This document shows positions 39,373 through 48,610 of a stretch of 64,000 nt of DNA, piece after piece. The translations under genes and the position numbers were made by a program. The notes below the pieces were generated by a model that worked only from the letters and a program-made list of their open reading frames with translations, had not been told where the DNA came from and did not search any database. This stretch comes from an uncultured Bacteriovoracaceae bacterium (GTDB lineage Bacteria > Bdellovibrionota > Bacteriovoracia > Bacteriovoracales > Bacteriovoracaceae): NCBI GenBank assembly GCA_964012805.1, contig CAXGUD010000010.1, positions 48,793-112,792 on the forward strand, read 5' to 3'. Every line of letters starts with the position of its first letter. Positions within the stretch are counted from its first letter, which is position 1.

Positions 39373-39915
39373 AAAGTCTTCTGTCCACTTTCTGTAGGAT
39401 ATTTTATGAAAGGGTAGATAAAAAAACATCTCCTCTAAAGGTATCTCTTTTTTTTCTTTAAGTAATACTTCACTAACTTTTCCCATGTATCTTGAAAAGA
39501 ATATCTTATTAGCATTGAAGAGCTCATTTCTCTCAGCATCCAACATTAATGAAATTATGTTTCCATCAATGTCGACTTTTCCTACTGAAAGACAATTATC
39601 TAACTTTTTAATTGGAATAAATTTGCATAGAGAACATAGTAATAAATAAATTGGTAACTCTAACCATCTAAAATCTTCCCACAACAGTTTTTTTACAGAC
39701 TCCAGCCCCTCAATAACTAAGACAAACCTCTTTAAGGGTATTGTTTTATTTTGACTCCTGAAAAGATAAATAAACTTTTCCTTTAATGGCCTTCCTTTCC
39801 TTCCCAAACCTAAAATTTCAATTCCAGGTAAACCATTATTTGAGTAACCAAAAATATTTATTTTTAAAATTTTTTTTCCCCTTAAATAGAGACCTTTTGT
39901 TGATGACGTAAACAT
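39364..39915 (-). CDS. Stand-alone ComM/YifB N-terminal (Lon-C/S5-like) domain protein
   Basis: GLPGIEILGL, ..P.KRFVL, LELPI, VGKVDIDGNI resemble ComM GLP.F.IVGL, FDLPIA, GELSLDG; no AAA+ domain. Confidence 0.55.
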   Translation of the reverse strand: MFTSSTKGLYLRGKKILKINIFGYSNNGLPGIEILGLGRKGRPLKEKFIYLFRSQNKTIPLKRFVLVIEGLESVKKLLWEDFRWLELPIYLLLCSLCKFIPIKKLDNCLSVGKVDIDGNIISLMLDAERNELFNANKIFFSRYMGKVSEVLLKEKKEIPLEEMFFYLPFHKISYRKWTEDFLN

Positions 39916-40041
39916 TTTGTTCCTCTTAAAATAAGTTGAATTATTTTCTTTTATTGCAACTAAAAATATTTTAAGGATTGAATAAAATATAGGAATTATT
40001 AGATAATTTATTTCAATGAAACCATTAAATTTATAAAGAGT

Positions 40042-40539
40042 TCAAAGATTTTTTTCCTGTGAATAATAACAAGACCTTTTATCACTTTTTCCTCTATAAA
40101 AATGAAACTCTTTTAGATCAAAAGCGTAACTCTTTCTCAACTTTTTACAAAGTTCTATTGAGTCTTCAACATCATTTTTAAAATCTTTCAAATTAAAGGT
40201 AAGAACAGCTGAACTACCGAATTGGCAAAGGGCCTTTCCTTCCTTATAAACAACTCCTCTTAAAAAAGGCCTCTTACTTACATTAGGCATTTTTTTTATT
40301 TTTATCATTTTTAAACAAAATGACCTAACATTAACCTTCTCTCCCATACAATCAAAAAAAGCCATTGAATGCCTTTTAGAAATCAAGCTGTTTTTTTTCA
40401 TCAAAGTGCAGGCGCTCCTTAGACTTTCCTCAATATTTTGAGGGTCATAAATTTTAAAATTAACTTTAGCGGGATTTATAGAGGGGAAAAAAAAGGTTCC
40501 CCCCCAAAAAAGAAACAAACCTAGAAAGAAGCGAAACAT
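40042..40539 (-). CDS. Hypothetical exported protein with 6 Cys
   Basis: Hydrophobic N-terminus; directly downstream of gdh on the same strand. Confidence 0.6.
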   Translation of the reverse strand: MFRFFLGLFLFWGGTFFFPSINPAKVNFKIYDPQNIEESLRSACTLMKKNSLISKRHSMAFFDCMGEKVNVRSFCLKMIKIKKMPNVSKRPFLRGVVYKEGKALCQFGSSAVLTFNLKDFKNDVEDSIELCKKLRKSYAFDLKEFHFYRGKSDKRSCYYSQEKNL

Positions 40540-40552
40540 AGCTTTTTTCCGA

Positions 40553-41812
40553 CTAAGATGGAAATAGTCCTCTAAGCCTCATGGCCATAAAAAGTTTTCC
40601 TAAAGCGACTATAAAAGCAGCCTTTTTCATATCTGTATCGTATTTATCTTTAGCTTCACAAACTTCATCAAAAGCCCTTTTTAAGATTCCATGAAGCTCT
40701 TCATTAATTCGGTCTAAATCCCAGAAAAAATTCTGAAGACCCTGGACCCACTCGAAGTAAGAGACAACAACACCACCGGCATTACATAAGATATCTGGTA
40801 TAATAAAGACGCCTTTATTGGACAAGTGCTCAATCGCATGTTTAGTAAGTGGACCATTAGCACCCTCAGCAATGATTTTCGCCTTAACATTATCACAGTT
40901 GTCCTTTGTCACGACACCATCAATTGCTGCAGGAATTAGCACATCAACATCTAAAGCCAGAAGCTCCTCATTAGAAATCACTGTTGCACCAGGCATGTCC
41001 TTTAAAAACCTTCTGCTATCAACCCAATCAACTGCTTTTTGAAGATCAATTCCATTTTTATCATAGATTGCACCTGAAACATCACTGATTGCAACAATCT
41101 TAACTCCTTCTGCATGTAAATCTTGAGCTGCAGGAATACCAACTTTTCCAAAACCGTGAATAGCGACAGTAGTATTGCTACCCATAGTTAACCCCATTTT
41201 TTGGGCAGCAAAGTTCACGCAGAATGCAACTCCTTTCCCAGTTGCTTCTGCTCTTCCCAAAGAGCCTCCGACAGCAATAGGTTTACCTGTTACTACTCCA
41301 GGTATCGTATAACCTTTTAATTGGGAATAGGTATCCATAAACCAGGCCATCGTTTGAGCATCTGTTCCAATATCAGGAGCTGGTATATCTGTTGAAGGAC
41401 CTATAATCATGTTGATTTCAGTGCAATATCTTCTTGTTAACGATTGAAGCTCCTGACGAGATAGATTGTTTGGATCAACCATAATCCCACCCTTAGCGCC
41501 ACCTAAAGGAAGTCCTACCAGAGCACACTTAAAGGTCATCAGCATGGCCAAAGCAGCCGTTTCAGAGAGGTCAACATTGGGGTGATAACGAATCCCACCT
41601 TTTCCAGGTCCAATTGTCATATTATGTTGAACCCTAAACCCCATGAAAGTTTTAACAGTTCCGTCATCGAGCCTAATGGGTACTGAAACCTGTAAGGCCC
41701 TCTTTGGATATTTTAAACGATCTAAAACATTAGGATCTAAACTCATCGTATATGAAGCCACTTCTAATTGTTCTAGCGCATCCTTATAGAGGGGGCTTTC
41801 AAAAAGGCTCAT
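40553..41812 (-). CDS. gdhA: Glutamate dehydrogenase (Glu/Leu/Phe/Val dehydrogenase family)
   Basis: GPGKGGIRYHP, GGAKGG, DIPAPD, VTGKP, EATG, GFGKVG, EGANGP, NAGGVVVSYFEW. Confidence 0.93.
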   Translation of the reverse strand: MSLFESPLYKDALEQLEVASYTMSLDPNVLDRLKYPKRALQVSVPIRLDDGTVKTFMGFRVQHNMTIGPGKGGIRYHPNVDLSETAALAMLMTFKCALVGLPLGGAKGGIMVDPNNLSRQELQSLTRRYCTEINMIIGPSTDIPAPDIGTDAQTMAWFMDTYSQLKGYTIPGVVTGKPIAVGGSLGRAEATGKGVAFCVNFAAQKMGLTMGSNTTVAIHGFGKVGIPAAQDLHAEGVKIVAISDVSGAIYDKNGIDLQKAVDWVDSRRFLKDMPGATVISNEELLALDVDVLIPAAIDGVVTKDNCDNVKAKIIAEGANGPLTKHAIEHLSNKGVFIIPDILCNAGGVVVSYFEWVQGLQNFFWDLDRINEELHGILKRAFDEVCEAKDKYDTDMKKAAFIVALGKLFMAMRLRGLFPS

Positions 41813-41859
41813 GATTATTCTCCCTTTAGCTTGTTATCAAATTTTTCTAAATCTACACC

Positions 41860-42783
41860 CTAATCATTAGGGTGAGTAGCTTTTTTCGATGTTTTTTTTA
41901 TCTCGGTTTTTGCCTCTTTAACGAGGGTTTTAAGAAGGTCCTTCATATCCTTATCCAAATTAAGGTCCTTCGTTTTCTCACGCATAGCTTTAATAAATTC
42001 ATTAGCAGAAGGGGCGCTCTTTTTCTTAACCGCCTTCTTTGATACTCCCTTCCCTCTACCTGGAGCAACCGTACCCTTTAAAATCTTCCTCAATTCAGTG
42101 CGTTTTCTTATCTCACCATTTTTTATTTTTTCAAAAATCATTTTTTGCATAGGTCCTTCTTCCAAAGCACCAAACTCAAGAAGAACGTACTTTTCTATGT
42201 CAAATACCTTCGCTGCTTCTCTCAATTCTTTAGGAAGCTTTCCTAATAATATACTTCTATGCACTTCTGACTTAGATATTCCTAAAGCAGCTTGAATCTT
42301 TCTTTCAGAAGCATCAGTTGATTTTTTGTAAGCATAAATTCCATCTGCTTTATCTATGTAATGAAGCTCTTCCCGGGAAGAGTTTTCAGAAAATTGAATG
42401 GCCATTAACTCTTCTTCTGATTTATCGTCCAGAATAAAACAGGGAGCCTTCTTCATATCGATAGAAGTCATCGCCCTATAGCGGCGCTCACCACATATAA
42501 GAGTTAATAAACCATTTTCTCTATGCACAACAAGCGGTTGAATAAGGCCATTTGCCTTAATATTTTCAGCTAAATCCTTCAAGGACTTATCATCAAACTT
42601 GGTTCTTACCTGCTCTTTAACATTAATATTTTTAAGAGAAACTTCTTCTAATTTAGCACCCTTAAGAAGCTTATCGTCTGAGATTTTGAAAATATCGTGA
42701 TCAAGTCTATCTGCTAGTGAAACGGTTTTTCTTTCTTTTTTTGAAACTCTTGGTGCAAAATTCTTGGCCATAATACACTCCAC
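41860..42783 (-). CDS. ParB/Spo0J-like CTPase and DNA-binding protein
   Basis: LAENIKANGLIQPLVV, LICGERRYRA, EN..REEL, HTH; possible start at 42771. Confidence 0.88.
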   Translation of the reverse strand: MECIMAKNFAPRVSKKERKTVSLADRLDHDIFKISDDKLLKGAKLEEVSLKNINVKEQVRTKFDDKSLKDLAENIKANGLIQPLVVHRENGLLTLICGERRYRAMTSIDMKKAPCFILDDKSEEELMAIQFSENSSREELHYIDKADGIYAYKKSTDASERKIQAALGISKSEVHRSILLGKLPKELREAAKVFDIEKYVLLEFGALEEGPMQKMIFEKIKNGEIRKRTELRKILKGTVAPGRGKGVSKKAVKKKSAPSANEFIKAMREKTKDLNLDKDMKDLLKTLVKEAKTEIKKTSKKATHPND

Positions 42784-42812
42784 GTCCTTGTGTTAAGTAT
42801 TGTTGAAAAAAA

Positions 42813-43586
42813 TTAAAGATTAAGGGCCTCCCATAAAGCATCATAATCCTGTTTTCCTTGATTGTTTTTTCCCAACATAAAAACAGGTTTTTTTAGAGAA
42901 ATAGACTCTTGCATCTGAACAAGATTTCTAATGCCAGGGGTACAGTGAAAAGATTGAGCAAGTTCACTCATTCTCTGCTTTTCTATATTCCTTCTCCCAT
43001 TAACCATCGAAGGAATAATGGCAAACTCAAGCTTAGGATTTTCTGTTTCTTTTATAATCTCAAAAGTATCCATCAGCTCCTCTAGACCATCGATTGAATA
43101 ATCTTGAGCTTGAGTAGGAATAAGTATTTTATTTGAAGCAACTAAGCTCATGATGAGCTCGTCTCCCAAAATAGGTGGAGTATCAATGACAACAAAATCA
43201 TAGGAGTCGCCAACTTCCTGTATCCTCTTTTTTAAAAGCCTCTCTTTTCTACCAGCATTTTTTCTTATTTCAGATTCTGACAAGATGAGTAACTTTGATA
43301 AATTGGCCAAATGACGACTAGAGGCAATGATATCGATATTGCCGTGAAAGTCACCCTCACCTTCAGAAGAAATAACAAGATCCTGAAAAGGAACATCCCC
43401 AATAAGCCACTCAGGAATCAGAGTCCTTTGTATTTGAACGCCCAAAGTGGAACTAAGATTTGCCTGGGAATCAAGGTCTATTGCCAGAACTTTGTTTCCC
43501 TTATTGGCAAGGTGACAAATTAGCTGGTAACACTGCATTGTTTTACCAACACCACCCTTATTATTGCCTACTGTGATAACTTCCAT
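42813..43586 (-). CDS. ParA/Soj-family ATPase
   Basis: NNKGGVGKT, IDLDSQANLS, YDFVVIDTPP. Confidence 0.93.
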   Translation of the reverse strand: MEVITVGNNKGGVGKTMQCYQLICHLANKGNKVLAIDLDSQANLSSTLGVQIQRTLIPEWLIGDVPFQDLVISSEGEGDFHGNIDIIASSRHLANLSKLLILSESEIRKNAGRKERLLKKRIQEVGDSYDFVVIDTPPILGDELIMSLVASNKILIPTQAQDYSIDGLEELMDTFEIIKETENPKLEFAIIPSMVNGRRNIEKQRMSELAQSFHCTPGIRNLVQMQESISLKKPVFMLGKNNQGKQDYDALWEALNL

Positions 43587-43778
43587 GAATCACTCCTCTC
43601 AATTTTTCTTTCTAAAAATCAGGATTTTAAGCAAACCTTATTTTTTTATAAAATTTTAGGTCACTCATCACACTCAGTCAAAAAACACTTTCCAAAATGA
43701 TGCAAAAAATCATCTTTACAGAAAGCCTAAAAAATTTTAAGTCTTTTCGCAAAGATAAATATTCTCTAAGAGGAACCT

Positions 43779-44882
43779 ATGCTTGAATTATTTGAATCAT
43801 CTGCTGACTACCTTCCACCAATCAAAGAATCAGAACTTTCAGATGAGGAAGTCTTAAAAGAAATAACATCAATTAAACGAGAATTGGGTAATGATGTTGT
43901 GGTTTTAGGACATCATTACCAACAAGACGATATTGTGCAGTTTGCTGATTATACAGGGGATTCTTTGGCCCTCGCTAAAGAAGCAGCTAAACTTAGCGCT
44001 CCTTACGTCATCTTTTGTGGTGTTCATTTTATGGCAGAAACAGCAGATATGCTAACAAAGCCTGGTCAAAAAGTTATTCTACCCGATCTTAACGCAGGTT
44101 GTTCGATGGCGGACATGGCCAACTCAGAGCAAATAGACGCAGCATGGGAAAGATTAAATACAGCAACTGAAGAAAAAATAATTCCTGTTACTTATATTAA
44201 TTGCTCTGCAGAGCTGAAGGCTTTTGTTGGAAAATATGAAGGCAGTATTTGTACGTCGTCAAACGCTCAAAAAATAATCAGTTGGGCCCTTGATAAAGGA
44301 GAAAAGCTCTTATTTTTTCCTGACCAGCACCTTGGTAGAAATACTTGTTTTGATATGGGGATACCCCTAGAAAAAATGGTCATCTATGATCCTACTAAGC
44401 CTAAAGGTGGCCTTACAGACGAACAAATTAAAGACGCCAAAGTCATTTTATGGCATGGATTCTGCTCAGTTCATCAAGGTTTTACAACCTCACAAATAAA
44501 AAATGTAAAAAAAGACTCTCCTGAAACAACAGTTATTGTGCACCCTGAATGTAGGTTCGATGTCGTTCAAGGAGCAGACCTTAATGGCTCAACAGCCTAT
44601 ATTATTGAAACAATTAGGAAAGCACCCGAAGGTTCTAAATTTGCTGTCGGAACGGAAATAAACCTTGTAAATCGTCTTGCCAATAAATACACTAATAAAA
44701 AAATTTTTTCGCTTTCCCCGTACCAGTGCCTCTGTACAACAATGTATAGAGTCAGACCAAGATGGCTCTTAGCAAGTTTTAAGGCCATAAAAACAGGGAC
44801 TCCTATTAACGTGATCAAGGTCGAAGAAGATATTAAAAGAGACTCTCTTTTGGCTTTGGATCGGATGATGACCATTTCGTAA
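43779..44882 (+). CDS. nadA: Quinolinate synthase
   Basis: LGHHYQ, GDSL.LA, FCGVHFMAET, AGCSMA, YINCSA, CTSSNA, PDQHLG, CSVH, VHPEC, C.C.TM. Confidence 0.96.
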   Translation: MLELFESSADYLPPIKESELSDEEVLKEITSIKRELGNDVVVLGHHYQQDDIVQFADYTGDSLALAKEAAKLSAPYVIFCGVHFMAETADMLTKPGQKVILPDLNAGCSMADMANSEQIDAAWERLNTATEEKIIPVTYINCSAELKAFVGKYEGSICTSSNAQKIISWALDKGEKLLFFPDQHLGRNTCFDMGIPLEKMVIYDPTKPKGGLTDEQIKDAKVILWHGFCSVHQGFTTSQIKNVKKDSPETTVIVHPECRFDVVQGADLNGSTAYIIETIRKAPEGSKFAVGTEINLVNRLANKYTNKKIFSLSPYQCLCTTMYRVRPRWLLASFKAIKTGTPINVIKVEEDIKRDSLLALDRMMTIS

Positions 44883-44904
44883 TAGAGACCACGGAGGTTT
44901 TTTT

Positions 44905-46062
44905 ATGATTTATGCTGACTATAATGGAAGTGCTCCTTTAGATTCCCAGGTGAAAAACTACCTTTTAAAAAGATTAGAAGATGGTCCTTTTGCCAACCCA
45001 AATGCAATCCACAACCTCGGTACTAAAACATTGATGGGTATGGAAAAAGCCAGGAGTATCTGCGCGAAAATATTAGGGGCAAAAAAACACCAAATCTTTT
45101 TTAACTCAGGCTCAACTGAGGGTATTGCCACAGTCTTCCACTCAATCCTTTCAGAAGCGAAAAAAAATCACAAAACCTCATTTATTATTTCTGGCTTTGA
45201 ACATGCTGCTATTCCAAATACTGCTAGTTATTATCAAAAAGAGGGCTTTGAAATAAAAACTCTCCCTACAACAAAATCAGGCATCGTCGATCTGGAGGTG
45301 CTAAAAAAGTGGCTAGAAGAAGGAAGAGACCAATTGGCCATGGTATCTATTATGGCCGCAAATAATGAGAGCGGAATTATTCAGCCCTATAAAGAAATTG
45401 GTCGACTATGTAATAGCTACGGCATACCATTCTTTTGCGACACTACACAATATATAGGGAAAGCTCACTTCAACTTTGAAGAGTCAGAAATGGATTATGC
45501 CATCCTTTCAGGCCACAAGATAGGAGCCCTTACAGGAGCAGGCATTCTATTGGCAAAGGAACCTTCTCTCTTAAAGCCTCTTATTATTGGAGGAGGACAA
45601 GAAACTGGACTAAGAGGAGGTACACAAAATTATATTGGTAATGAAACCCTTGCGGTTGCCTTAACAAGCGTTGAGGAAAAGTTAGCCCACTCCAAAGAAA
45701 TTGAATTAGCAAGAAATGCTTTTGAGAAAGATATTAAAGATAGCTTTCCAGAGGTTGTTATTATTGGTGAGTCCTCGCCAAGGTTAGGTACAACGACTTA
45801 CCTTTCTTACCCAGGTATTCATGGCCAAGCGATTCAAATTGAACTGGAGTCTGATAATATTTTTGTAACCACCTCATCAGCTTGTTCTGATAATAGCCCG
45901 GTAACCAGCCATGTCTTAAAAGCTATGGGTATATCTGATGAAGTTGGTCGGGGAGTTGTTAGAATTTCACTCGGGATGGACTCTCCACTCGGCTACTATA
46001 AGGAAATTGGAGAAAAGCTTAAGAAAGCCTATAGAAAACTTTCCAAGGTCAAAAGCTTTTAA
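44905..46062 (+). CDS. Cysteine desulfurase (IscS/NifS group I)
   Basis: IYADYNGSAP, SGSTE, AANNESG, SGHKIG (PLP Lys), RGGTQN, SSACS (catalytic Cys). Confidence 0.92.
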   Translation: MIYADYNGSAPLDSQVKNYLLKRLEDGPFANPNAIHNLGTKTLMGMEKARSICAKILGAKKHQIFFNSGSTEGIATVFHSILSEAKKNHKTSFIISGFEHAAIPNTASYYQKEGFEIKTLPTTKSGIVDLEVLKKWLEEGRDQLAMVSIMAANNESGIIQPYKEIGRLCNSYGIPFFCDTTQYIGKAHFNFEESEMDYAILSGHKIGALTGAGILLAKEPSLLKPLIIGGGQETGLRGGTQNYIGNETLAVALTSVEEKLAHSKEIELARNAFEKDIKDSFPEVVIIGESSPRLGTTTYLSYPGIHGQAIQIELESDNIFVTTSSACSDNSPVTSHVLKAMGISDEVGRGVVRISLGMDSPLGYYKEIGEKLKKAYRKLSKVKSF

Positions 46063-46155
46063 AAATTTTTTCTTCGAATCTTCTATAGATATGATTGCAA
46101 AAGTATAGGTTGAATTGACTTTTCTTTTAATTAAAGTTAACTTAAAAATGGTTAA

Positions 46156-47169
46156 CTAAAGGCAAATCACGACTCCATCTCCATCACAAACCTTTTGAAG
46201 ACCCTTCTGGCAAAAAGCCCTCTCTTTTGATCTTTGGCAATGCCCTTTTAAGTACGATATCTTCTCTTGATCAAGACCTTTGGGACAAGCAGGCCACCCT
46301 ACGGTACCGCAATTATCCTGACCACAAAACTTATCATTAAACCTTTCACACTTTCCACCAATGACTTCATACCAACCCCAGCGACAATTTTGACAAAAAG
46401 AAGCTTCTTTTTTCCTACAACTTTTACTCCAGGTCTCACATCTAATTGCTTTTCCATCAAAGTATTTTTGATGGGCCAAGCCAACTCTAAAGTCATCAGT
46501 AACCTCTCTTTCCAGGTTAGACCAAAAATAACCTCCTTTAAATAAACCATCTCTCTCAATTGAAGAATATCTAGCTAATCTGTTTTTTAAAAAACTTTTA
46601 TCTTTCTTAATCTCCCACTTAATATTCTCTGAGTTTAGATTTATTAAAGGGAATGAAGACCAATGTATTTTGCCTTTTTTTAAATAATTTATAGTTAACA
46701 TGAACGGTGGAACTTCTCTTTTTGAATTTTTTGCTAGTATTTTCTGATTAGAGAAGAATATTTTAAATCTCTCTACCTCTGTCACTAAGTCTTTCTTTAG
46801 GAACTTATCTTCTACATTACATTCACTATCTGTAGGAATTCTTTTGGATAAAATCTGACCAAATATTTTTTCCTTTTTTCTTTTTTTATCAACATAAGGT
46901 ACTTTATAAAATAAACACTCTGAGTAAGCTTCATCACCCCCGCCACCTAAAACACTAAACTTTGCCAGCAATTGCCATGTCAAGTATGGTCTAGAGATAG
47001 GTTGATCCACATTAAAATAGTGCTGGTTAACAATACTTAACTTATGCGTATAGGCCCAATCCACATATTTTTTTGCCTCAAATACATCAGATGCTAATTC
47101 TTTCTCCTTCAAAATATCACAAGAGAAAAGGCTAAAAATTGTCATTATTAATAAAAGGGAAAACCTCAT
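46156..47169 (-). CDS. Hypothetical lipoprotein with a 12-Cys C-terminal domain
   Basis: Likely start MRFSLL at 47169, giving an ATGA overlap with the upstream stop (ORF track starts at 47187); lipobox LFSC; 12 Cys in the last ~95 aa. Confidence 0.7.
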   Translation of the reverse strand: MRFSLLLIMTIFSLFSCDILKEKELASDVFEAKKYVDWAYTHKLSIVNQHYFNVDQPISRPYLTWQLLAKFSVLGGGGDEAYSECLFYKVPYVDKKRKKEKIFGQILSKRIPTDSECNVEDKFLKKDLVTEVERFKIFFSNQKILAKNSKREVPPFMLTINYLKKGKIHWSSFPLINLNSENIKWEIKKDKSFLKNRLARYSSIERDGLFKGGYFWSNLEREVTDDFRVGLAHQKYFDGKAIRCETWSKSCRKKEASFCQNCRWGWYEVIGGKCERFNDKFCGQDNCGTVGWPACPKGLDQEKISYLKGHCQRSKERAFCQKGLQKVCDGDGVVICL

Positions 47170-48455
47170 TTTAGTTTCCTCATACATCTAAAGGATATCC
47201 TAAGCTCTGAGGAAGGTAGCTTTTCTAGGGCTTTTAACTTTTTTTCAAATTTAATTTCTTCCTGTAAGTCCATCCTATTTACATCAAAGCTCAAACCGTT
47301 CCATTGAGCTCTCTTACCGAGCTCATGCCATGGTGAATCTACATTGAAATAAAAACTAGATAATTTAAGATTTTTTAGCTCGTTATATGGATTTTTCATA
47401 GCTTCAGGATATCCCCCTAAAACTTGAAAAACGCCAGTCCATGAAGATGAGTTTATCGAATGCCTTTTAAACGGCATTAAAGACAAACAATCTTTAGTAA
47501 AGACCTTTTTACAGTATTTCCTTTCAAATTTAAAATCTGGGTTATTTTTAGCCTTCCATAAAAAAGAAACTTTCTTCTTAGTCCAAGGATAAGGGCCTTT
47601 CTTAATAATTCTTTTTCTATTATTTTGGATATCTTGAGGAATATAAGTTGCAGCATCCCATATATGAGTCTGCAAAAGTTGCTTTCCCTTAAAGGAGCAA
47701 TAGTCTTTCATTTCTTTCATTGTCAATCCAAAAGCTGAATCTGAAGGAATGAAATTATTAGGAATTTCAAATGGTAATCTGAGCTTTCTCTTCCATTCAG
47801 AGATATCCCTAAAAGTTACTTGAAATTTATCTATGAAAATATTCTGATTAAAATTGTTCCAAAAAAAAGTGTCTTTATCTCTAGAATATTTTCCATAGCT
47901 ATAATTTCTTTGAGGTAGAAAAACTTCATTACAAGAATTTTGCATCAAAAAAACTAAGCTAGTCCTTCCAGAGACAAGTTTTAAAGCCATACTATAATTG
48001 GGCACATATTTACCTTTATGATCCCAACGAGTTATAATTTGACCAAAATACTTTTTATTGCCAACCTTAATCGGTTCTACAGAACTAAATTTAGAGGATT
48101 TACCACGCCTTTTAAAACGAACTTTTCCTTTTACTTTTTTTAAAAAGCATTCAATAAAGTCCGGATTACATCGAAAGTAACTTGGGTCAACATCATCGTA
48201 AGCGATTAGCTCTTTTTTACACTCAGTAAACTCAGCATCTGATAATTGGTCTGCTTGACCCTCCGACCAAACCTTTTGCAAAACTTCACTCGTTCTAATT
48301 AAGTCCTTCAAGTCATTGCTTCTTTCAATCCATCTTTTTGCCTCCTTATCATTGGAATATTTATTATATAAAAAATAAAACCCCATAAAAAAAGTTGGAA
48401 TAAAGACAAGAAACAAAAAAAATTTCAACTTAGGTCTAAAATTTTTCATAAACAA
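47166..48455 (-). CDS. Membrane-anchored protein with an FGE-sulfatase/SUMF1-like (C-type lectin fold) domain
   Basis: N-terminal TM; IFIDKFQVT, DYCSFKGKQL..WDAA, YPW, S.TGVFQVLG...E, SFRC follow FGE motif order. Confidence 0.65.
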   Translation of the reverse strand: MFMKNFRPKLKFFLFLVFIPTFFMGFYFLYNKYSNDKEAKRWIERSNDLKDLIRTSEVLQKVWSEGQADQLSDAEFTECKKELIAYDDVDPSYFRCNPDFIECFLKKVKGKVRFKRRGKSSKFSSVEPIKVGNKKYFGQIITRWDHKGKYVPNYSMALKLVSGRTSLVFLMQNSCNEVFLPQRNYSYGKYSRDKDTFFWNNFNQNIFIDKFQVTFRDISEWKRKLRLPFEIPNNFIPSDSAFGLTMKEMKDYCSFKGKQLLQTHIWDAATYIPQDIQNNRKRIIKKGPYPWTKKKVSFLWKAKNNPDFKFERKYCKKVFTKDCLSLMPFKRHSINSSSWTGVFQVLGGYPEAMKNPYNELKNLKLSSFYFNVDSPWHELGKRAQWNGLSFDVNRMDLQEEIKFEKKLKALEKLPSSELRISFRCMRKLK

Positions 48456-48610
48456 GTAAACTAATCAGGATTCATCGAAGACTCTTTTGCTTCAATGACG
48501 CTGAAAAAAAATAGGATTATAATTTTATACAAGTAAAGGTTACTGTTCGACAATATTGAAAGTGATCTAGCAATCAACCATTTTTCATATTTTTATGAAG
48601 GAGACTTTCA

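Noticed and set aside
41860..43586. Integrated plasmid or prophage marked by parAB
   Set aside because: No rep, integrase, conjugation or phage genes; flanked by housekeeping gdh and nadA
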